Positions 26,525-38,000 of a stretch of 64,000 nucleotides of DNA are shown here, in pieces. The translations under genes were made by a program, and so were the position numbers. The first letter of the stretch is position 1. Every line of letters begins with the position of its first letter. Source of the stretch: Malacoraja senta (lineage: Eukaryota); contig JAXLNO010000666.1 of the NCBI GenBank assembly GCA_038087875.1, positions 62,001 to 126,000 of the forward strand, read 5' to 3'. Below the pieces are notes generated by a model. The model did not search any database and was not told the DNA's origin. It saw nothing but the letters and a program-made list of their open reading frames with translations.

Positions 26525-26911
26525 ATGCGGGATTACGATGAAATTACAGCCTTCCTGGGGGAATGGGGACCGGCTCAGAAACTCATCTTCCTGCTCCTGA
26601 CTGTCAGCGTTATTCCCAACGGTTTCGCCGGTCTAAACATCATCTTTGTCGCGGATACCCCAGAGCATCGCTGCTCGATTCCCGGGAATCTCAACCTCAG
26701 CCAAGCCTGGATGAAGAGAACCATCCCACTGGTGCCAGGAACCCAAGTCCAGTACAGCCAATGCAGTCGCTACCGCTTGGATGTGATCAGGAACCTCTCG
26801 GAGGTCTTTCCAGACCCAGATCTCCTCAACGTGTCCGGGATTGAAGAGGAGCCGTGTTTGGATGGATGGGATTACAGTCAGGACCAGTACACCTCCACCA
26901 TTGTCTCCGAG
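26525..26911 (+). CDS. slc22a5: SLC22A4/5-like (OCTN) transporter, coding exon 1
   Basis: MRDYDEITAFLGEWGPAQKLIF...EPCLDGWDYSQDQYTSTIVSE closely resembles the OCTN1/2 N-terminus; GT donor at 26912. A4 versus A5 is not resolved. Confidence 0.92.
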
Positions 26912-27034
26912 GTTTGATTCAGACTTCCGACCTGAAACGTCCCCTGTCCGTGTTCTCCCGGGGAAGCTGCCTGACCCCCTGAGTTACTCCAGCACTTTGT
27001 GTGCACTTTGTTTACTGAGTTACTCCTGCACTTG

Positions 27035-27950
27035 CAACAGTAAGGCATTATTTGTGTTTTTTCTTGATTCCTTTGGCATCTAAAAAGTTTCAGAAGTGAT
27101 AAATCTGGCTGTAAAATTTAAAAATCGCCCATGGTTCTCAAGTGGGTTTTTACATACAAAAAGAAAACGCCTCTGAAGCAAAATTTATCATTAAAAAAAT
27201 CGCAAACCATACTTGGGTTTTGAATTCCATTTTACTCGGATGCAAGTCAAGGAATGGCATAATTGTTGGCTGTTAATTGGACATAATCAACCTCAGCCAA
27301 TTGACAAAATCCTATTGAAAGGGAGTGGGTGTTTAAGCTGTCAGAACATTTTATTATTTGCCAAAATATACATCTCAATAGCATAATGATAGAAAACGTA
27401 CTTTTCCACACACCACTCGTAAGTCTGGAGATTTTTTTAATGATAAATTTAGCTTCAGAAGCGTTTTCTTTTTGCATGTAAAAACCCACTTCAGAACCAT
27501 GGGCGATTTTTAAATTTTACAGCCAGATTTATCACCTGAAACTTTTTAGATATCAAATGAATAAAGAAAAAACATACATAATGTCTTACTGTTGATGAAA
27601 TGCCGTGAGCAAACGCGATAATTCCCAATATTTTCCAATTTGATATCTGCAAGGCCAATGTTTGCCAACCACTTTAGCTGTTGTTGTCCCTTCAGCTCTC
27701 GCTTCTCTTTACCTTCATTTCTCTTCACTTTTGGAATTCTGAAGTAGGATAGATGTCTCTCACGCTTACCCCGGCTTCCACAATTTTTTACAGCGAAAAA
27801 ATTCGCTACTTTGGCGGTTTTGAACAGGTAGGAAAGTACGCGTTTCGTGTATTAACAACATATACCGGAAGCTGCGATGTCCTCCAGATGGATTGAGCGG
27901 CTCCGTACGTCAAGCCCTTTGACCCGGTGACCTTAAGTGCAACCCCCCCT
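27035..27950 (-). mobile_element. Non-autonomous DNA transposon remnant with a THAP-domain exon (ISL2EU/Harbinger-like, tentative)
   Basis: Minus strand reads AVKNCGS..SYFRIP..KWLANI..RVCSRHF followed by gtaag; ~165-bp inverted repeat; C-run terminus at 27943-27950. Confidence 0.6.
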
Positions 27951-28066
27951 ATTCTGAGGGTTAGGATAAACAGGCATTTAGACGGACAAGGGCTGATCAG
28001 GGAAAGTCAGCACAGTTTTGTACGTGGGAGATCGCACATTTTTTGGAGACGTGACCAAAAACGTCA

Positions 28067-28632
28067 ATAGAAACATAGAAACAAAGAAACTGAGAATGTA
28101 GGAGCAGGAGTATGCCATCCGTCCCCTTGTGCCAGCACCGCCATTCAATATGATCATGGCTGATCATCCAGAATCATTACCCCGTTCCTGCTTTTATCCC
28201 ATATCCCTTGATTCTGTTAGCTCCAAGATCTATATCTAAATATCTCTTGAATACATCCAGTGAATTGGCCTCCACTGCCTTCTGTGGCAGAGAATTCCAC
28301 AGATTCACAACTCTCTGGGCGAAAATTTTTTTCCTCACCTGTCCTAAATGTCCTATCCCTGATTCTTAAAATGTGACCCTTAGTTCTGAACGCCCCCAAC
28401 ATGTGGACAAATTTTCCTGCATCCAGCCTATCCTATACCTTAAGAATGTTATGTGTTTCTATAAGATCCCCTCTCATTCTTCTAAATTCCAGTGTATATA
28501 AACCCAGTTGATGTATTCCTTCATCATGTCATTCCCACCATCCCAGGAATTATCCTGGTGAACCTACGCTGCACTCCTTCAATAGCAAGAATGTCCTTCC
28601 TCAAATTAGAAGACCAAAACTGCACACAATAC
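28067..28632 (-). mobile_element. CR1/HER1 LINE 3' fragment
   Basis: Reverse complement of the CR1 3' ends seen elsewhere; (ATAGAAAC)n tail at 28067-28090. Confidence 0.8.
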
Positions 28633-28774
28633 TTTCCTCAGAATTTATCAGTCTGAGGAAGGGTCTCGACCTGAAACATCACCCATTCCTTCTCTCCAGA
28701 TATGCTGCCTGTTCCGCTGAGTTACTCCAGCATTTTGTGCATAAATTTGAATAATTGGATTTTTTGCATTTCAG

Positions 28775-28878
28775 TGGGATTTGGTGTGCGACGATAAATG
28801 GAAAGAACCATTGACTACATCAGTGTACTTCATTGGAGTGCTGATAGGTTCTGGTGGTTCTGGGGTAATATCAGACAG
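28775..28878 (+). CDS. slc22a5: SLC22A4/5-like coding exon 2 (104 nt)
   Basis: ttcag acceptor; [34 protein letters not shown](R); gtgag donor; phase matches exons 1 and 3. Confidence 0.92.
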
Positions 28879-29149
28879 GTGAGCTTTTACCTTTATATTC
28901 ACAGAGAGATATATTCATCATTAATCTCCTTCACTTTTGTACCCCAAGGCAAGATATAGGCTCGCAGCAGTTAGATGCTTTAGTGTGACAGTCATACAGC
29001 CCTGGAAACAGGCCCTTGCATCCAACTTGCCAACTCCGACTTTCATGTCCCATCTTCACTAGTCCCACTTGCTTGTGTTTGGCCCATATAATGCAAATTA
29101 GGCAAATTCACATTCGGCTGGAAATAGTGTTGGGCAGATTGATGGAAAG

Positions 29150-32100
29150 AAGGCTGATAAATACCCAGGGCCTGATGGTCTGCATCCCAGGGTACTTAAG
29201 GAAGTGGCTCTAGAAATTGTGGAAGCATTAGTGATCATTTTCCAATGTTCTAAAGATTCAGGGTCAGTTCCTGTGGATTGGAGGGTAACTAATGTTATCC
29301 CACTTTTTAAGAAAGGAGGGAGAGAGAAAACAGAATTATAGACCAGTTAGCCTGACATCGGTGGTGGGGAAGATGCTGGAGTCAATTATAAAAGATGAAA
29401 TAGCGGCACATTTGGATAGCAGTAGCAGGATCGGTCCGAGTCAGCATGGATTTACGAAGGGGAAATCATACTTGACTAATCTTCTGGAATTGTTTGAGGA
29501 TGTAACTAGGAAATGGACAAGGGAGAGCCAGTGGATGTAGTGTACCTCGACTTTCAGAAAGCATTTGATAAGGTCCCACAAAGGAGGGCAAAATTAGAGC
29601 ACGTGGTATTGGAGGTAGGGTACTGACATGGATTGAAAATTGTTTGGCAGAAAGGAAACAAAGAGTAGGTATAAACGGGTCCCTTTCAGAATACCAGGCA
29701 GTGACTAGTGAGGTACTGCAAGGCTCGGTGCTGGGCCTGTAGCTATTTACAATATACATTAATGATTTAGATGAAAGGATTAAAAATAGCATTAGCAGAA
29801 TTGCAGATGACACAAAGCTGGGTGGCACGGTGAACTGTGAGGAGGATGCTATGAGGATGCAGGGCAGTGACGTGCGGTGAGGTCAATGGCTGGGGAGGCA
29901 CTGGCTAGTATCAGTGGCCCGGCCCTCCCTGTATTGTTCACCGTGTCTCCCCGGGGAGAGAGAGGGGTGGAGCCGGGGCTGTGTGCGTGAAGCACGGCGA
30001 CTGGAGGGGTGGGAGCGTTGCCCCGGGACCGTGAGGGAACGACCCACCTCCTCCTCTCCCCCTTCTCCATTCCCCATCGCACCCCCCTACCCGTCTACCC
30101 CTTGCTTCCCCCACCACCCCTCAACTCTCTCTCCACCCCTCTCACCCCCCTCCACCCGGGGTAGATCTACCCGAGCCGAGAGTACATTACTCCAGCGTGG
30201 GGCTCAATTGGGAGCTCTCAGCGGCCCAGAGCCTCCGAATCGGCCGCTACAAATCAACGAATCAACCTACCAGTCAGCGCCGCCCGCGGCTGGAAAGTCA
30301 GCGCCGCCAGCGGTGGAATCCACTGCTGCTCCGCCGCTGCTGAAGCTAGCTAACGTGGAGGGAGAGTGAGGTAGTGTCAATTATGTGGGCTGAGCCTACG
30401 TAATTGACGCTCGCTCTCCCTCCACTGGGCTCAAGACACGCCCACTCAGTGAGGCAGATGTGATCGCTGCCTCCCCCGGTGTTTTTTCATTGCAGCTTTA
30501 TGACGAGACCAGTGAGCCTAAATTTAATATATTACTACGTGAAATAAGCTACCTGGACTATAGAAGGCGAGGATTAGAGCACATGGTATTGCGGGTAGGG
30601 TGTTGACATGGATAGAAAATTGGTTGGCAGACAGGAAGCAAAGAGTAGGAGTGAACGGGTCCTTTTCAGAATGGCAGGCAGTGGCGAGTGGAGTACCGCA
30701 AGGCTCGGTGTTGGGGCCGCAACTGTTTACCATATATATTAATGATTTGGAAGAAGGAATTAGCAGCAACACTAGCAAGTTTGCGGATGACACAAAGCTG
30801 GGTGGCAGTGTGAACTGTGAAGAGGATGTTAGGAGGTTGCAGGGTGACCTGGACAGGTTGAGTGAGTGAGCAGATGCATGGCAGATGCAGTATAATATAG
30901 ATAAATGTGAGGTTATTCATTTTGGTGGCAAAAACAAGGGGGCAGATTATTATCTCAATGGGGTTAGGCTAGGTAAGGGGGAGGTACACCAGTCACTGAA
31001 AGTTGGCGTGCAGGTACAGCAGGCAGTGAAGAAAGCTAATGGAATGTTGGTCTTCATAACAAGAGGATTTCAGTATAGAAGAGGGCCTTCTGCAGTTGTA
31101 TAGGGATCTGGTGAGGCCACATCTGGAGTATTGTGTACAGTTTTGGTCTCCTAATTTGTGGAAGGACATCCTTGTGATTGAGGCAGTGCAGCGTAGGTTC
31201 ACGAGATTGATCCCTGGGATGGTGGGACTGTGATATGAGGAAAGATTGAAAAGACTAGGCTTGTATTCACTGGAGTTTAGATGGATGAGGGGGGATCTTA
31301 TGGAAACATATAAAAGGACTAGACAAGCTAGATGCAGGAAAAAATTTCCCAATGTTGGGCGAGTCCAGAACCAGGGGCCACAGTCTTAGAATAAAGGGGA
31401 GATCATTTAAGACTGTGGTGCGAAAAAACTTTTTCACCCAGAGAGTTGTGAATTTGTGGAATTCCCTGCTATAGATGGAAGTGGAGGCCAAATCACTGGA
31501 TGGATTTAAGAGAGAGTTTGATAGAGCTCTAGAGGCTAGTGGAATCAAGGGATATGGGGAGAAGGCAGGCATGGGTTATTGATTGGGGACGATCAGCCAT
31601 GATCACAATGAATGGCAGTGCTGGCTCGAATGGCTGAATGGCCTCCTCCTGCACCTATTTTCTATGTATCTATGACATGTAATGAAGGGGTTTACAAACA
31701 TTACATTGGTGACATACAGAGAGGTAGTAACAGGCACAAGCTTATTGCCCGCACTCCATTCAGTTTCTGAGGGGTTGCGCAATCATAGGGGAGGCTCTGC
31801 TCGCCGCTGCCTCACCTCTCATCTCTCCCTGTATTTGCAGCGGAGTTGCGCAAATTTCACGATTTTGACTATAAAAAATGATTAGATTCATATAGAAATG
31901 ACATTTATAACAGTTCAGTGGAAAATCTTTATTTATTTTATTTTATTATTATTTTTCTTTACCTTTCTTAACAGCTATTTTCATTGGGAGTATGTCAGAT
32001 GAGGCTCTGCCTCCCCTGACAGCACATCCCTGATGCAGGGGGTGACTTGGACAGGTTGGTAGGTGGGTAGATGCATGACAGATGCAGTTTAATCTGGATA

Positions 32101-32900
32101 AATATGAGGTTATCCACCTTGGTGGCAAAAACAGGAAGGCAGATTATTATCTGAATGGTCAAACTGGGAAAAGGGGAAGTACAACGAGATCTGGGGGTTC
32201 TTGTTCATCAGTCACTGAAAGTAAGCATGCAGGTACAGCAGGCAGTGAAGAAAGCGAATGGCATGATGGCCTTCATAACAAGAGGAGTTGAGTATAGGAG
32301 CAAAGAGATCCTTCTGCAGTTGTACAGGGTCCTCGTGAGACCACACCTTGAATATTGTGTGCAGTTTTGGTCTCCAAATTTGAGGAAGGACATTCTTGCT
32401 ATTGAGGGAGTGCAGTGTAGGATCACAAGGTTAATTCCCGGGATGGCAGGACTGTCATTTGTTGTATGAATGGAGCGGCTGGGCTTGTATACTCTGGCAT
32501 TTAGGATGAGAGGGGATCTTATTGAAACGTATAAGACTATTAAGGGTTTGGACACGCTAGAGGCAGGAAACATGTTACCGATGTTGGGAAAGTCCAGAAT
32601 CAGGGGCCACAGTTTAAGAATAAGGGCTAAGCCATTTAGAACGGAGATGAGGAAAAACTTTCTCACACAGAGAGTTGTGAATGTGGAATTCTCTGCCTCA
32701 GAAGGCAGTGGAGGCCAATTCGTGGTAGAATTTCAAATGAGAGTCAGATACATCTCTTAAAGATAGAGAAGTGTAGGGATATGGGGAGGAGGAAAGAACG
32801 GGTTCCTGATTGTGGATGATCAGCCATGATCACAGTGAATGGCGGTGCTGGCTCGAAGGGCCGAATGGCCAACTCCTGCACCTATTGTCTATTGTCTAAT
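29150..32900 (+). mobile_element. CR1 LINE (29150-29864 and 32033-32900), split by a hAT-type element
   Basis: NYRPVSLTSVVGK and ADDTK before the insert; [13 protein letters not shown] and the 3' tail after it. Confidence 0.85.
29865..32032. mobile_element. Non-autonomous hAT-type element containing a second CR1 copy (~30570-31675)
   Basis: Imperfect TIRs cagtgacgtgc / gcacatccctg; 8-bp TSD atgcaggg at 29857-29864 and 32033-32040. Confidence 0.8.
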
Positions 32901-32983
32901 GTTTATACCTCTAAACCTATCCTTTCTATTTACATGTCCAATTGGATTCCAAAAATTATTTTTTACGGCTGATTATATCAAAC

Positions 32984-33290
32984 GTGGCACAGTGGTGGGG
33001 CTGCTGTTTCACAGCGCCAGAGACCCAGGTTCGATCCTGACCACGGGTGCTGTCTATATGGAATTTGTACATTCTTCATGTGACCATATGGGTTTTCTCA
33101 GGGTGCTCCTGCTTCCTCCGGGTGCTCCTGCTTCCTCCCACATCCAAAGACCTGCAGGTTTGTAGGTTAATTGGCTTCAGTGAAAATTTGCAAATTGTCC
33201 CTGGTGTGTAGGAAAGTGCCAGTGTACTGGGTGATCACTGGTCGGCACGGACTTGGTGGGCCGAATGGCCTGTTTCTACACTGTATCTGT
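32984..33290 (+). mobile_element. V-SINE (HE1-like)
   Basis: tRNA-like head, V core and CR1-like 3' end (gggccgaatggcctgtttc). Confidence 0.8.
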
Positions 33291-33298
33291 CTACACTG

Positions 33299-33430
33299 GG
33301 TCTGAAGAAGGGATTCGGCCCGAAACGTTGCCTATTTCCTTCGCTCCATAGATGCTGCCGCACCCGCTGAGTTTCTCCAGCACTTTTGTCTACCTTCGAT
33401 TTTCCAGCATCTGCAGTTCCTTCTTGAACA
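33299..33430 (+). mobile_element. Hammerhead-bearing Penelope-derived short repeat
   Basis: CTGAAGAA-GGG-attcgg-CCC-GAAACGTT at 33302. Confidence 0.7.
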
Positions 33431-33448
33431 CTGTATATCTAAAGTCTA

Positions 33449-34109
33449 AAGAGCCTGTCCCACTTAGACGATCTTTTCGGCAACAGCCGAAAAATAGGCT
33501 GTCGCCACATGGTCACGGCGTGACGCCGGGTGACGCTTGTATTGTCGTGAGCTGTCTCCTCAACTGTCATTACTTATTTCTTGTCGCAGCTGTATATTGA
33601 AATGCTCAAAACCTTTCAGCGACAGTGGGCTTGACGTTGCCTGACTTTGCCTGTCTTCTCCTGTCGTAGGTGCTGTCGTAGGTTGTCACCAGGATGACGT
33701 CAGATGACGTTGGCTGTCGCCGGGTCATGACCTCGGTGAATTTCATTGGTGACATCCTACGTCATCCTACGTCAACCGACAACAGTTCCGGCGTCAAGCG
33801 AAGTCTTCAGTTGTCTTCATTTGTCGCCAACAGGGTCGTAGCTTGTCGCGGGTGGAGGTAGGTTGACTTCGGGTGTCGTAGGTTGTTGCCTGTGTGGCCG
33901 AAGGTTGTCGTAGGTTGTCATAGGTGGACCTCCCAAGTCACGAGGAATTGTGCCGTTGGTTGACATCGTAGCTTGACATCGATTAGGTGGTAGCTTGTTG
34001 TGGACATTGTCATGGGGTGGGTGCAAAAAGCCGTTTTTTCCTGCGTCACGCCGTGACAGTGACTGTTGCCACAGTCATCTAAAAAATCACCTAAGTGGGA
34101 CAGGCCCTT
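33449..34109. mobile_element. MITE (PIF/Harbinger-like, tentative) with internal GTCGTAGGT repeats
   Basis: TIRs aagagcctgtcccacttag / ctaagtgggacaggccctt. Confidence 0.75.
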
Positions 34110-34410
34110 TACTTCTGAACCAGAAATGCTGTCTGTGGAATGTAGTGTTGTATCAACATGTTTTTGGGAATAGATACATTTTCAAGCCTGAACACATTTG
34201 CTCACAATCAGTTAATTGCAGACTAGTTTTAACCTCTTACTCTGTGATGAACCGGCCATTAATCCATCAAGTAAGAAGTGTCCCACTTTTTGGAAAGACG
34301 TATCTGACCAATTGTCCTCATTAGAATTCTCTTTAATAAGTGGACAACTCAGCCACTCAGCAGCCTGAACACTGATGCAGCAGCTTTACAGATGGCGTTG
34401 AGAGCCTTGT

Positions 34411-34706
34411 GGGCAGCACAGTGGCGCAGCGGTAGAGTTGCTGCCTTACAGCGAAAGCAGCGCCAGAGACCCGCGTTCAACCCAGGTTGAACGGAGTTTG
34501 TCCGTTCTGCCCGTGACCTGTGTGGGTTTTCTCCGAAATCTTCGGTTTCCTCCTACACTCTAAAGATGTACAGGTTGGCTTGGTGAATATAAAAATGTCC
34601 CTAATGGGTGTAGATAGTGTTAATGTGCGTGGATTGCTGGTCGGTGCGGACTCAGTGGGCCGAAGGGCCTGTATCCGCGCTGTATCTCAAAACTAAATTA
34701 AACTAA
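34411..34706 (+). mobile_element. V-SINE (HE1-like)
   Basis: gcacagtggcgcagcggtagagttgctgcc head; (AACTA)n tail. Confidence 0.8.
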
Positions 34707-35058
34707 CTGCTTCAATGGGGGAGGAGCTGTGAATCCCACAACCTATACACCCATGGCCCAGTCCATGGAAGAGCCTACAATTCCCCCATTGGCTTCATTA
34801 GGCATCCTGGAATCCACAAAACCAGAGTGGAAGTAAGTCCTAATGGAATAAAAATGAACTGCAGATACTGGTTTATACCAAAGATAATCACAAAGTGCTG
34901 GAGTAATTCAGCAGGTTGGGCAGCATCTCTTGAAAAAAATGGACATGTGACGTTTCAGGTCAGGACCCTTCTTCAGACTGTAGAAATGAAGATCTGCAAA
35001 TGCTGGTTTGTACCAAAGATAGACACAAAATGCTGGAAAAACTTCATGGGACATGCAG

Positions 35059-38000
35059 TGTAAATCACTTCAAGATATAAGATTTACACACATCTTTATT
35101 CAGCACATTAACTTAGCAGCATTACAGATCTAGATGTTGTCAGTTCATCCTGGCTGCTTCAACTAACGGTGCAGGGAATGGGCGTTAGTATAAATGTTAT
35201 AATGGGGCGGAGTTAGTGATGCCAACTAAGTGTGATTGATTCACATGCATCATCAATCTACATCCTTTCCCCTAAAGATTAAAAGCCTATTAAACATACT
35301 CGCCATACCTGTCTGGTGGTCTACTAACACGGCCCGAACGCGTGCGGACCCAACCATCCCCTCCCTCAACTGAAGGATGAGGCGGGGAGGCTGAAGGTGA
35401 AAACCGCACGGGAGAGGATTGTGGTGACCGAGGGGGGAAACATGCGGTGGGTGAAACCCCGTGGTTATTGGAGACCGATAGGCGTGGGGGAGTGCCAGGC
35501 ATGCGGGGACGGGCGGGAGACATCGCGGAAGGCGGCTGGAACTGGAGCAGCGGAGCATATGGATCGGCAGGTGGCGGTCGGGGCTCCTTCACAGCAAGCA
35601 GGTGTTGACGACTTCTCCGGTAAACCGCTCCCTCACAGTCCACAAGGTACGATCGCGGCTCATCAATCGGGCGCACAACAACGCCCAGACGAGAATGTCC
35701 AGTTGGAGTTCGTAGACGGACGACCTGGCCCGGCAGTAGAGGCTGGAGTGGTCTGCTGGAACTGTCGTATGACCGTTTCTGGGTATCGTGCTTCTCTTGG
35801 AGACGTTGCTGGATAGTGGCGGGCTTCAACACCCGAGGAACCAGCTGCTGTTGTGCGATGGGGACCGTAGACCTCGTCACCCTCGAGAGCACCGCTGTGC
35901 TGGTGACCCCAAGACTCCGTCTCTCGGAATGTTTCTGAGGTTCAGCAGATCGAGATAGACGTCAGAGTTTGAAATGCGCGCTCCCTCCAGCAAGTGCTTG
36001 GCGCTCCTGACAGCGCGTTCAGCGAGTCCATTACTCTGTGGATACTCGGGACTGCTTGTGATGTGCTGAAAGTTCCATCAGTCAGCGAAAAGCTTGAACG
36101 AGTGGCTGGTGAACTGTGGACCATTGTCGGTTCTCAGAATAACAGGAATGCCATGGTCTGAGAAATGTCTTTTCAGCTTCCTGATGACCATCTCCGACGT
36201 GAGGGAGGTCAGTTGGTCAAGTTCGAACCAGTTGGAGTACGAGTCGACCAGAACGAGGTAGTGCTTACCACGCCATTCAAAAATGTCCGCAGCCATCGAC
36301 AACCATGACAGGGCTGGTGAAGGTTGTTGCAGAAGGGGTTGCCGCTGCTGATGAGGTGCAAGATTGTTGCAAGTGGGGCAGGAGGCTACACGGTCTCGGA
36401 TGTACGTGGCCATTCCAGGCCAGTAGAACAGATCCCGGGCGCGTGCCAGTGTGGAGTCGGCTCCTGGGTGACCGCCGTGTACCTCTTTGAAGTACTCGTC
36501 TTGTAGCGATGCAGGTACAACTACCTTGTGGCCCTTGACGACCACACCATCCTGAACCACCAGTTCATCGCGGACCAAGAAGTACGGCTGCACCTCAGTT
36601 GGATTGTTTGTCTGGCCAGCCTGTCTTGATGATGGACGAGAGGGCTTGAAGCGTAGCATCCTTGGCAGTGTGCGCGGCCAGGGAGCGCAGTTGCTTGCTG
36701 GAGATTAGACCGACACCGAGAACAGTGAAATCCTCCTGCTCGTGTGGGTGTTGTTCGCAAGATGTTCGAGGGGCACGAGAGAGTGTATCAGCAACATGCA
36801 TGTCCTTGCCCTTTTTGTAGGTAATAGAGAAGTCGTACCGCTGCAGCTGCATCATCATGCGCTGCAAACGAGCTGGGGCGGCGTGGATAGGCTTGTTCAA
36901 GATTGTCACCAGTGGCTGGTGATCCGTCTCAACCATGAACGTGTTGCCAAAGACAAAGTCGTGGAATTTGGAGCAGGCAAAGACGACCGCCAGCAGTTCC
37001 TTTTCGATTTGCGCGTAGTGCTGCTCCGTGTCGGTCATGGTGCGAGAGGCATACGCGACGGGTAGTAGGGTACCATCATCAGACGGTTGTAGGCAGGCTG
37101 CGCCGAGCCCGAATTTCGAGGCATCGCAGGTGATCACCACCTGACGTTTCAGGTTGAAAAAAGTCAGGGTCGGTGCACTAGTCAGTTTTGATTTCAGAAC
37201 ATCGAAGGCATCCTGGTGTTGCAGGAACCATGACCATGCAGTGTCCTTTTTTGTCAGCTGCCGCAATGTGGAGCTTAATTCGCTGAGGTTAGGTATGAAC
37301 TTTCCGAGATAGTTTACCATACCCAGGAAACGTTGCAGGTCTTTCACGTCAGTAGGTGCAGGCATTTCTGTGATGGCAGAAGTCTTCTTCGGATCCGGTT
37401 TGAGGCCGTCAGGGGTGAAGATGTGGCTGACATAGGAGACCTCTGGAACCCTGAACTTGCACTTGTCAGGATTGAGTTTGAGGTTGATCTTGACAGCACG
37501 CTCCAAAATGAGCCTGAGATTGTGGTCATGTTCCGCCACGTCCTTGCCATAGACCAGAATATCATCGACAATAATGGCACAAGGCAGACCCTCGAACAAT
37601 TGTTCCATAGTTCTTTGGAAGACTTCGCTGGCAGAGTTGATCCCGAATGGCATTCTCAAAAACTTAAATCTGCCGAATGGGGTGGCAAATGGGGTAAGGT
37701 TTGATGACCTCTTGTCCAGCGGTATCTGCCAGAATGAGTTCTTTGCATCTAGGACGGAAAATAGGGTGGCCGTTCCGATCTTTACTGCAACATCCTCTAC
37801 TGTCTTCATGGGATGGTGTGGGCGCTTAATGGCAGTGTTCAGGTCTTTTGGATTAATGCACAGGCGGATTTCATCCTTTCCCTTCTTGACTGTGGCAATC
37901 ATGGTTGAGACCCAGTCGGTGGGGTCACTGACTGCTTCAATTACGCCTTTGGAGACCATGTCCTTCAGCATAGAGTGAACCCTGTCAGTCATGGCAAATG

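Noticed and set aside
32984..33060. tRNA genes at SINE heads (also 8486, 34411, 49557, 54899)
   Set aside because: They continue into the V-SINE core and tail, so they are tRNA-derived SINEs.
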